Of a stretch of 64,000 bases of DNA, positions 1-8,988 are shown one piece after another (position 1 is the first letter of the stretch; each line of letters begins with the position of its first letter). The DNA comes from Pelagomonas calceolata. Taxonomy: Eukaryota. The notes beneath the pieces were generated by a model that was not told where the DNA came from, searched no databases, and saw only the letters and a program-made list of their open reading frames with translations. The position numbers and the translations under genes are program-made. The DNA lies in assembly GCA_918797485.1 (NCBI GenBank), contig CAKKNE010000001.1, forward strand, positions 2,914,001 through 2,978,000, written 5' to 3'.

Positions 1-889
1 CACGACGACGACGGCCGTCGTGCCCGAGTAGGTCGACTCGACGGCCGAGGCCGCGAGCGCCGCGTCGGCCTCGCGGAAGGCCGCCGCGAGCGCGGCCTCG
101 CAGGCCGCCGCGCCGGCGTCCGCGGCCACGGCCCGCTCGAGGGCCGCGACGACCGCGCGCGTGCAGAACTCGGCCACCTGCTCGCCGTGCTCGCCGTGGC
201 CGTCGAAGACGCCGTACAGGGCCCGCCGCGGCGACCCGCCGAAGGGCTGCACGACGACGCCCCGGTCCTGATTAATCTTGGCCACGCTGCCCACGGCAGC
301 GCCGACCGCGCGCGGCTCGATGCCGTGGTACGTGAGCGCGCCGACGGCGGCGGCGGGCCACGGCTGCGCGGGCGCCGCCGGCCGCAGCGGGTCGTAGGCC
401 GGGCTGCGGAACTCGACGCTCGCCGCCGCCTCCGCCCCGGCGCCGGCGCCGGCGCCGGCGCCGGCGTCGGCGCCCGCCCCGGCCGGCGCCGTCGCGTAAC
501 TTAGGCGCCGGCGCCGGAATGTCTCGGGGTCGGCCACGACGCCGCGCGCGGCGGCCTCGAACGCCTCCACCAGCGCGGGGCGCTCGCCCTCGGCCGCCTC
601 CGCCCACGCCCGATCGCCGCCGCGGCTCTCGTAGAGGTCGTCGAGCCGCGCCTCGACGAGGGCGCGCCGCTCGCCGGAGAGGGCCTCGAGCCCGAGCCGC
701 GTCCGCAGCGCCGTCACCTGTGTGGAAATCAAATTTCAGACGCCCCACCCATCGACGCGACGTTGTCCCCTTAGCTGCGTCTGCTCTATCCCCGTATATC
801 TGCGGCAGCACGAACCTAACTCACTGGTTGATTTCCACACAGGCCGCTACCACGGTCTCGTCGGCGCGGGCGCTCGCCGCCGCGCCCAT
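1..889 (-). CDS. PP2C/PPM-family protein phosphatase, 5' part (continues beyond window start)
   Basis: Exon 889-851 (MGAAASARADETV) joined to exon 717->1 across intron 850-718 gives an open frame with KINQDRG, LYGVFDGHG and SGTTAVVV (PP2C motifs). MGxxxS N-myristoylation-type start. Not in the ORF track. Confidence 0.9.
718..842. mobile_element. Introner element IE1 (125 bp), forms GT-AG intron 850-718 (minus) of the PP2C gene
   Basis: TIRs ctgtgtggaaatcaa / ttgatttccacacag; flanks gccgtcac (710-717) and gccgctac (843-850), a 6/8 TSD; removing the intron restores the frame. Confidence 0.9.
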
Positions 890-1466
890 CCCGAGGCTGC
901 CCCGCGACCGCGACGCTCGGGCGCGTACGAAGTCGGCGGGCCGCCGACAAGGAGCGGACCTGCCGGGACCTGCCGCGCGGCGCGCAAGCAGCGCCGGAGA
1001 TTGGCGCGTGCGAAGGAGGAGAAGCAGGGGTCAGACGACTAGTGGCCGGCCCCAGGGACCAGTTTTTTTTTGTGTGTGCTCTAGATTTTCAATTCAATCC
1101 AAAACGGGTTTGCTTGAGAGTGCTTTTGCCTTGCTGCTTCGGCTTTGAGTGCTCGCCGAGATCCGAGCTCGCTGTTTCCACAGCCTAGTTAAACAGCAAC
1201 GCCGACCTTTTACTCTGCTGTGCTTCTTCCTGGCTCGGCCGTGCATCGCCCCGTCAATTAGCGTGTCGCGTGAGAGTGGGCGAAACGCGCGACCAGGAGA
1301 CGCTGTTTGGGCGTACCTGTCGAGCACATTTGGCTGCAGAGGAGACTAAGGCCAAAGATAAATCACGGCGATTGAGCCCCGAGAGCTCGCGGTTTTCTAC
1401 GTCGACAGCAACACGAGAGACAGCATACAAAGTACTAGCGTACAAAACTACAGCTGACTTACGTCG

Positions 1467-1976
1467 ATGGAGCGCTCGCGCGACCGAGCGCGTGGCGAAC
1501 GGCACCGGTCGCGCTCCCGGTCGCGGCGGCACGAGCGCTCCCGAAGGCGCCGCCGACGTTCTCCCTCGTCGTCGTCTTCGTCGTCGTCCTCGTCGTCCTC
1601 GTCGTCGGGGTCCGAGGCCGCGCTCTACGAGGGCTTCCACAGCGACTCGGACGACCAGGACGACCGCGCGGTGGCGTGGATGCGGCGCTTCGGCCGCAAG
1701 GCGCACCTCGAACCGCGGCGGCCGGCGCCCATCCGCGGCGACTCGCTGCTCGAGGTCGTCAAGTCGGCGCAGCGCCTGAACGTCGTGGGCAAGTACGGCA
1801 ACTGGGACGATTACTTACGCTTCCTCCATCGGCACAGCCGTCGGTGCCGGCCACCTCCAGGACGTCGTCCAGACGAGCAAACCCAGTTTCTTTTGCGAAA
1901 CTTTTTACGCACGCTGCACGCCACCGACCGGCGTGGCCTCGTGGACCGGATCATCCGCGAGCACCGGGACGTCTGA
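1467..1976 (+). CDS. RS/Ser-rich protein with a segment resembling the N-terminal domain of plant SDN small-RNA-degrading nucleases
   Basis: 169-aa ORF; LLEVVKSAQRLNVVGKYGNWDDYL...RRP...FLRTL recalls, from memory, the SDN N-terminal pattern LVKxxQxxxxxGxxGxWKEFL...PSRR...FLxTF. No nuclease domain follows. Confidence 0.5.
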   Translation: MERSRDRARGERHRSRSRSRRHERSRRRRRRSPSSSSSSSSSSSSSSGSEAALYEGFHSDSDDQDDRAVAWMRRFGRKAHLEPRRPAPIRGDSLLEVVKSAQRLNVVGKYGNWDDYLRFLHRHSRRCRPPPGRRPDEQTQFLLRNFLRTLHATDRRGLVDRIIREHRDV

Positions 1977-2730
1977 CCGAGTAAGGACCTCGTCCGTCGA
2001 GAGCGACTGCGAATAATGCAAGACCAAAGGAGTACGCACCTTTGGGAGTACGGCGGCTGAGATAGTCTGCCGCGGAGCTACCTTAAATACACTAGTAGTT
2101 TTGGTTTTAACTGTGTTTATTACGCGTTGCGTGTTGAAGGGTGATGTAAGTGTATAAGACCCTGTTCACGAACAATCTACTGCCAGGACAACGGCTCGTC
2201 CCCTCTCGTGATCCCCCGGCGGCGACGAAGGACGCACATTTCCTCAGATTGCGACCACCGGCGAAAATTCCGCTTCAAGCGAGAGCCCGCCGGCCGTCTA
2301 ACGACTTGGGGCGCGTCAAACCCTGACAACATTTGGGCGTGTCAAAACCACAAGGACCGCGCGGCCGAAGGAAGCGGCGCCCACTCGCGTGGCACGTCTC
2401 AGATGAGATCGTTGCATCTGAGTGTGCTAGGTACCAGCAGCAATCACACCGGCTGTGAATCGGACCCCCCCCCCCTCCTATCTGATAGTAGACTGATACT
2501 GCGGTAGTACCGTGCTTAAGCGGGGGGGGAAGCGCTTATAAGCGCTGCACGGCCTTGCCAAAAGAGCTCAGATCGCGCGTGGTGTGTAGACTGCCCAGCG
2601 CGGGGGCAGCGTGAGTGGGTGGCGGTCGCAGTCCTAGAGTGGAGGAGCAGGAGGCCAACAAGGAGCAGGAGGCGCACGCGCCGTTCCCTCGGCTGCCCCC
2701 GGGGAGCATCGGGCCGGCGGCGTGGAGCCC

Positions 2731-3457
2731 ATGGACGCCTTCGCGAAGCCGCGGCGGCCCGTCGGCGGCGCCGGCCGGGGCGGGGCGCTCGCCGCCTTCG
2801 CCGCGCCGCCGGCGAACAGGATCACTGTCGGCAAGGGACGATGGGCGTCGGTACGCCAGGAGCTCGTGGACGTCGGCATCGGCACGGGCGAGAAGCTGTG
2901 TGGAAATCAAAATTTTACGGCGCGTTCGTGCTGAATCGCCGCGTCGTCCTCCACGCCATCGACGCGACGCCTACTCGATGGCGTGGTGATGCCGGTTCCT
3001 CACCGCTCGACAGAGCCAGGACGGCCGCGTCATCGCCGAGAAATTTAGTGAAGAATTGTCGGGTGCACCCGACGCACTGGTTGATTTCCACACAGGCGAG
3101 AAGTCCGCGCGGCTCGACGCGGCGCAGAAGGAGATTCTCGCGATCGGCAAGGAGCGGTGGGTCGAGAAGGTCGAGGAGACGCGCATGATTAGGAAAATGG
3201 CGGGCCTCGTGGCGCTGGGCATGTCGCTTTTGACAGTGTTCTACGCGCGCGAGATCCTCTGGCTCGTCCGCGGCAGCGTCAAGCGGCCTGGGCAAGTGAA
3301 GTGGCTGGCGGCGGGAGGCCTGGCCTGGGCCGGCGCGACGTTCGTCGTGCTCGCGGTCCAGTGCGCCCGGAGCGCGCGCGGCGACGCGATGCTCGACCAC
3401 ATAAAAGAAACCATCGAGGCGAAGCGCGACCGCGACGCCGCGCGTAATGCCGTCTAG
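2731..3457 (+). CDS. Hypothetical two-TM membrane protein (about 172 aa spliced)
   Basis: Exons 2731-2887 and 3096-3457 join as ...VGIGTG/EKSARLD...; two hydrophobic segments. Start codon uncertain. Confidence 0.75.
2896..3095 (+). mobile_element. Introner element IE2 (200 bp), forms GC-AG intron 2888-3095
   Basis: Perfect 15-bp TIR ctgtgtggaaatcaa; perfect 8-bp TSD gcgagaag at 2888-2895 and 3096-3103. Confidence 0.95.
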
Positions 3458-3559
3458 GCACGTCTAGCAGCCCGGGCGCCGGGGGAGCCACTGGCCCGGG
3501 GAGCCGGGTGGTGCCAGTGGCGGGGATAGGCGGCCAGTTAACCAAGACAGGCGCACACG

Positions 3560-5349
3560 TTAAAGCGGGGGGCGGGGGCGGCGGCGGCGCCGCGTCGCAG
3601 GGCAGCGTCTTCGCGAGGAAGGCCTCGTAGGCGCCGCCCAGCAGGGCGCGCGCGTCGCGCCGCACGTCGCCCCGCGTCAGGGTCCAGCCGGCGCCGAGGA
3701 GGTGCGCGTACTGGGCCGCGAGCGCCTCCGCGATGACAGCGCGCGAGTGGCGCCACTTGTAGACGAGCTGGTCGAGCACGCGGCAGTCCGAGTGCTGCGC
3801 GGTGAAGGCCGTCCCGAGCATCTCCAGCCGCATGCTCGTGAGCTCGCGGATGATGGACGGGTTGTTGCAGTACCACCAGCAGCCGTACAGGTGCAGGTTG
3901 GGGAACTTCTGGGCCAGGACGCAGGCCTCGTGCTGGTCCGCGCGCCCGAGCAGCGTCGCCAGGACCTTGAGCCGCGGCTGCGCCGTGAGCAGCCGCGCGA
4001 GCGGGCGGAGGTCGACGCGCCGCAGGCCGTCGCCGCCGCCGCACGGCGCGAGGTCCGGCGCCAGCCGCCGCACGCACCCGAGCTTGAGCGCGAGCGGGAG
4101 GTCCAGGTCGCGCGCGACGGGCACCAGGACCTCGTCGACGAGCCGCGTCGCCGACGGCCAGCCGGGCTCGAGGCCCGCGTCGCCGGCCGCGTACCGCAGG
4201 TCGCCGGGCGTCGAGGCCATGAGGTACTCCGCGCCGTAGCGCCGCGCCCACGCCGACAGGAAGAGCCGCGCCGCGCCGAGCGTCGCGTCGAGCCCGCGCG
4301 CGCGGAGCGCCGCGGCGACCGTGGCCCAGTCGCCCGCGAGGAGCGCGTCGACGCGCAGCGCGGTGCGGAAGCGGCCGTCGGCCGTCGCCGCGTCGTCGTC
4401 GCCGGGGCGCCAGCCCCGGAAGAGCCCCGTCGCCGGGTCCACGCAGCAGCCCGCGTCGACGAAGCGGCTCGCCTCGCGCGCGTCGAAGGGCACGTTCGTG
4501 CAGACGACCTGCGTGACGCCGTCGTCGGCCCGCCGACGCGAGTCGCGCGACTGGATTTCCACACGGCGAACGCACGTAGCGGACGTTCGCCGCGCGGAAG
4601 ACGGCGTCGACGTGGTCGCCGGGCGCGCGCGCCGCGTACCAGGCCCGCAGCGGCCCGAGGTCGCCCGCGCGCGCCGCGCGCATCGCGGCGCCGGGCGCGC
4701 CGAGGTCGGCCAGCGTCCGCAGCACGCCGACGCGCGCCTCGGAGACGGGCGTGCGCCGCACGAAGAGCGCGTCCCAGACGCGGTCCGCGCGCGCCGCGAG
4801 GGGCAGCGCGAAGAAGGCCGCGTGGCTCAGGCCGTCGTCGACCATGAAGTACTCCGCGACGAGGTAGTGGTACGTGAGCAGCGCGTCCAGGCCCCAGAGC
4901 ATGAGGTCCCCGTGCGCCGCCGGGAAGAGGTGCGTGTGCACGTCGACGCAGGGCGTCGCGTCCACGACCTCGCGCGCGACGGCGGCGACGTCCTCGCGGC
5001 GGACCTCGAGCGCGTCGTCGGCGAGGTGCACGGGCGGCGCGGCGGGCTTGGCCGCGGCGCGCGCGCCGGGCGCCGCGAGCGCCGCCGCGAGCGCCGCGAG
5101 CAGCTCCGCCTCCGTCACCTCGTCCGGCGCCCGGCGCACCGCGAACGCCGCCGGGTGCGCCGCGACCAGCACCTGCACCGCGACCTCGACGGGCGGGCAG
5201 CCCGGCTCGCGGCAGGGCAGCGCCGCGACCGTCGCGACCGCCCCCGGGACCGCCGCGTCCACGTACCGCTGCGCGGCCTCGCGGAGCCGGCGCGTGGCCG
5301 GCGCGTAGCGGCGCAGATTCTCGGCGAAGGCGCCGGGCACCGACGACAT
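3560..5349 (-). CDS. Uronate (glucuronate) isomerase-like amidohydrolase with an N-terminal CxxPGCPP domain
   Basis: Exons 5349-4576 and 4508 downward; motifs DVHTHLF, LLTYHYLVAE, VCTNVPFD, YGCWWYCNNPSII, AQHSDCRVLDQLVYKWRHSR. 3' end uncertain: the frame stays open to 3279, overlapping the convergent gene, so 3560 is an estimate. Confidence 0.8.
4509..4566 (-). mobile_element. Degenerate introner remnant IE3 inside GT-AG intron 4575-4509 (67 nt)
   Basis: One TIR ccgtgtggaaatc retained; other end eroded to tcacgcag. Splicing gives NVRY/VVCTN in frame. Confidence 0.8.
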
Positions 5350-5632
5350 GGCTCGCACCGTAGCTCAGCTCTCCAGGCCTCTCATCCTCTCAAAACCGAC
5401 GAGGCAGTCGGCGGGCCGCGCATTGCACACAGTCTCGGCGCCGGGCCGGCTTGATTGTACAGCTCTACTGGTCGGCTGGCTTTTTGTGTCTGACCACCTG
5501 AGTCTAAGCACGCAAGCCAAGCAGTGGCGCCGGCTTGATTGTACAGCGACGAAGGGCTCCCGCGGGTCGAAGACTGCCAGTGCACTCCACCGGAGCAGCC
5601 ATAATCCCTGCAGCGGCACAGAGCAAAAAGTG

Positions 5633-6086
5633 ATGCGGCGCGCCCTTGCGTGCGCGGTCGTCGCGAGCGTAGCCGCGGCGTTCGGCCCCTTCGCGAAGAA
5701 ACCGACGCCGCCGCCCCGCGGCGCCGACCCCGAGAAGCAATTCGACGGTGCGACCCTCTCCTCCCGCGACAAGGTCTCGGCGTACAACCGGCCGCCCGAG
5801 GACTCGGCCCTGCTGAGCGAGCGGTGGAAGGCTGCGTGGAAATCAAACTTTGGACGCGCACGCCATCGACGAAACCGTGCTCACCATTCGATTTCCACGC
5901 AGGTGGAAGGAGGACGAGCCCGACGCGGCCGGCGGCCCGGGGCTCGGGGCCGCCTTCAAGGGCGCGGCGCTGGCGGTCGCGCTCGCCGCGTTCTCGCAGG
6001 TCCCCCTCGGCAAGCAGGACGTCTCGATCCCGGCGAACGACCCGTCGAGGGTCCCCGTGACGAACTTCGTCAAGGTCCTGGACTAG
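5633..6086 (+). CDS. Small putative plastid-targeted membrane protein (about 124 aa spliced)
   Basis: Signal peptide ending VAAA-FG (ASAFAP-like); exons 5633-5823 and 5903-6086 join as LSER/WKEDEP; one C-terminal hydrophobic helix. Confidence 0.75.
5832..5902 (+). mobile_element. Introner element IE4 (71 bp), forms GT-AG intron 5824-5902
   Basis: TIR ctgcgtggaaatc / gatttccacgcag; perfect TSD gtggaagg at 5824-5831 and 5903-5910; internal gccatcgacg motif. Confidence 0.95.
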
Positions 6087-6125
6087 TAATAAAATAAATA
6101 AATAAATAATAAATAAATAAATTAA
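6086..6125 (+). repeat. (TAAA)n AT-rich microsatellite, with a second tract at about 6222-6240
   Basis: taataaaataaataaataaataataaataaataaa immediately after the stop codon. Confidence 0.9.
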
Positions 6126-6255
6126 GGAAGACCTAAAAAAGGAACAAGCTCCTAGGAGCCTTCTCCCTGCTCGGTCAGGATGCCCAACCGGAGCCTCGAA
6201 ATAGCAATAAGGTATCTATACTAAATAAATAAATAATTAATCAAGGAAGGAATAT

Positions 6256-6636
6256 CTAGGTTGGCATTTACCCGAGGGGTTATTAACCCCAATCGTGGCC
6301 CGGGGTCAGTAACCCGGGTAATTACCCGTTAGTATGGGTTATTAACCCCGGGATCTTATAGAGGGGTAGGGGAGGGGGCCTCACGGGCCACTGGCGCGGG
6401 CCTGGGCCGCGCCGGGCCACATGACTTGGTACTTGCCCTGGCGCACCTGTACGTATCCAAAAGCCCAACGGGCTGCTTGCGCCCATCCGCTCGCCCGGAG
6501 GGGTCTTTCGCTAAACTCACTAAACGGGTTTAGTCGAAAACCCGTCGGGTTATTGAGCGGGTTATTAACCCCGGATCCCCTCCGAGGGGTAATTATAGGT
6601 TAATAACGGGTAATTAACAGGTTAATGACAACCTAG
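6256..6636. mobile_element. 381-bp MITE with 8-bp TSD (hAT-like by TSD length)
   Basis: TIR ctaggttggcatttaccc vs ctaggttgtcattaacct (15/18); TSD aggaatat at 6248-6255 and 6637-6644; subterminal repeats gggttattaacccc and gggtaatta. Confidence 0.85.
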
Positions 6637-6762
6637 AGGAATATCCTATACTACAACGGATTTTCGATCTCCCGGGGTAACTCGTCCCCCATGACCAAGC
6701 GACATCGGCCCTCATCGGTCAATTGCCGTGCCGGGGGGCAAACCGAGTACTATGGAAGTTAC

Positions 6763-7725
6763 CTAGTCCAGCTCCGCGGTGCCCCGGAACACGAACTCCG
6801 CGGGGCCCGTCATGTAGACGTGGTTGTCGCTCTCGCGCCACTCGATCGACAGGGGCCCGCCCGGCAGCATGACCTCGCAGGTCCGCTCGGTGCGGCCCGT
6901 CAGCACGCCGGCGACGGCGACGGCGCACGCGCCCGTGCCGCACGCCAGCGTGACGCCGCAGCCCCGCTCCCAGACGACCATGTTGACGTGCGCGGCGTCG
7001 ACGACGTCGACGAACTCGGCGTTGACCTTCTCGGGGAAGGCCGCCGTGTTCACCTCGACGGCGCGGCCCGTGACGGCCAGGTCGACGGCGCCGGCGTCGT
7101 CGACGAACGCCACCGAGTGCGGGTTGCCCATCGACACGGCCGTGACGCGGTACTCGCGCCCGGCGGCCTCGAGCGGCGCGTCCACGACGCGCGCGCCGTC
7201 CGTGGGGGCGAGCGCGCAGGGCACGGCGGGGCCGTCCAGGACCGGCTCGCCCATGTCGACGGTGATGCGGCCGTCCGGCAGCACGAGCGGCACGATGGGG
7301 CCCGCGCCCGTGGCGATGGTGAAGGCCTCGCCGCGCCCCCGCGGCGCGCCCGCCGCCCCGAGCTCGCCGAGGTACGCGGCGAGGCAGCGGATCCCGTTGC
7401 CGCACATCTCGGGCTCGGAGCCGTCCGAGTTGTAGATCGTCATGCGGAAGTCGTGCGCCGCGTCGCCGGGCATGACGAAGATGACGCCGTCCGCGCCCAC
7501 GCCGAAGTGGCGGTCGCAGAGCCGCTGCGCCTGCGCCGGCGTCGCCTTCGGCGCCGCGGCGTCGCGGTTGTCGACGAGCAGGAAGTCGTTGCCCAGGCCC
7601 TGGTACTTGGAGAACTCGAGCGAGGCCGCGCGCAGCGCCACGCGCCCGGGCCTCCGCCGCGCGGGCGCGACCAGCGCGTCGCAGGCGCTCGCGAGGAGGA
7701 GGGCGAGCAGCATCCTTAGTTGCAT
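6763..7725 (-). CDS. dapF: Diaminopimelate epimerase, plastid-targeted
   Basis: FSKYQGLGNDF, NSDGSEPEMCGNG, SMGNPH, VWERGCGVTLACGTGA; N-terminal signal peptide. Start at 7725 or 7713. Confidence 0.95.
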   Translation of the reverse strand: MQLRMLLALLLASACDALVAPARRRPGRVALRAASLEFSKYQGLGNDFLLVDNRDAAAPKATPAQAQRLCDRHFGVGADGVIFVMPGDAAHDFRMTIYNSDGSEPEMCGNGIRCLAAYLGELGAAGAPRGRGEAFTIATGAGPIVPLVLPDGRITVDMGEPVLDGPAVPCALAPTDGARVVDAPLEAAGREYRVTAVSMGNPHSVAFVDDAGAVDLAVTGRAVEVNTAAFPEKVNAEFVDVVDAAHVNMVVWERGCGVTLACGTGACAVAVAGVLTGRTERTCEVMLPGGPLSIEWRESDNHVYMTGPAEFVFRGTAELD

Positions 7726-8030
7726 TTTGCGAGCCGTTTGCAGTGTTGATCCGCAAAAGAGTGCTTTCGCCGCAAAACAAACGCTTAAGCGGCAAGCCCA
7801 CGTGTACGCGTGATCACGCGACGACGGCGACGGGTTTTTAGCCCCGCACGAAACGCGCGCGGCGAATTCGCGAAGAGAATGGCGGCCTTGTCCGCCCCCA
7901 GGAAGCGTCAGCGGAGGCTTCACTCCAGCGCTCCGTAGAGTGTGCCTACAGGAGGCGAGTGCACCTGCGACTCCGTGGCCCTTCATTGCGCCGATTCCCC
8001 GCCAACCAACGATTTGGATCTATAGTTGAG

Positions 8031-8410
8031 CACCAAATTACCAGGGTAATTACCGTAATGGTAATTACCGGTAATTACTGGTAAAATTTTACCAGAGTCC
8101 ATTTTTGGCTACCGGGTAATGACCTTTGGGGCACCTGGAAGGGTAAAAAGCGTGAGGGTTAGGGTTAGGGTTGGGCGAGAGTCGGGTTAGAGCGGGTCCG
8201 AAACGGTCCTAGTGTCGGCGGCAGTTTCGCGGCAAGGTGGGCTCGGATGGTTTTGAAAAGGTGCTCATCGGAACGCGGGGATATAGTAGGCAATCAAATT
8301 ACCAGGGTAATTGCCGGTAGTGGAAATTACCGGTAATTACCGGTAATTACCGGAGTCGATTTTTGGCTACCGGGTAATGACCCCTGGGGTGGAAAGGTAA
8401 AACGCGTGAG
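8031..8410. repeat. Two imperfect ~120-bp direct repeats rich in GGTAATTACC palindromes, with a short (TTAGGG)n tract between them
   Basis: caaattaccagggtaatt...atttttggctaccgggtaatgacc...gcgtgag at about 8031-8156 and 8291-8410; agggttagggttagggttggg at 8155-8175. Confidence 0.85.
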
Positions 8411-8513
8411 TAAAGGGTGGACGCGGCAGACGCGTTTTGGACTATGGGCAGGATATGGCCAAGCCCATGCCCCAGGGGCATCGTCCCACGGTCCCAAGTG
8501 AGCTTTTTACGCG

Positions 8514-8807
8514 TCAGTCCCATTGGAAATGCTTATCTGGGTTCTGGGAGGCTGCCCCGGCCCGGCTCACCTTCCGCTTTGAGCACGCGACGCCCCAATC
8601 CCTGATGATCTCGCCCAAGACGCTACCATATCCCGTATCCTTCGTCACTGCGTCTACATCGCCCTCCGACATAGCTTCCTTGCTTATCACCTCCGCGCAA
8701 GCCTTCGCGTGAACCAACACGCTCGAGCTGGCCTCGCCAACAGCCCCGAAGGCCATGCCAATGACATCCCCGCGGCCCCCGATCGCACGGCACATAGGAC
8801 CAGTCAT
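8514..8807 (-). pseudogene. Fragment resembling the C-terminus of a non-LTR retrotransposon ORF
   Basis: GMAFGAVGEAS...IIRDWGVA; aligns without gaps to the fragment at 25962-26120. Family assignment is from recall only. Confidence 0.45.
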
Positions 8808-8988
8808 TGCATCCTCGTCGTAAATATTGGTCTAGGCTAGCGTCCCCAAAACCCGAGTAACTAGAATTGCCTCGGCATGCCCGTACGATCCGTAGCTTGA
8901 TTGACTAGCTATTTAAGCTTCCGGGCTAACCGAGCAGCTCGGCTTGCAGAGTAGCGCAAGGCACTGCAGCCATGTGGCTCTTCTAGCC

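Noticed and set aside
1974..1976. Selenocysteine UGA
   Set aside because: No redox-motif context and no convincing SECIS by eye; kept only as a minor alternative.
2531..2546. 16-bp palindrome agcgcttataagcgct
   Set aside because: Single occurrence with no supporting context.
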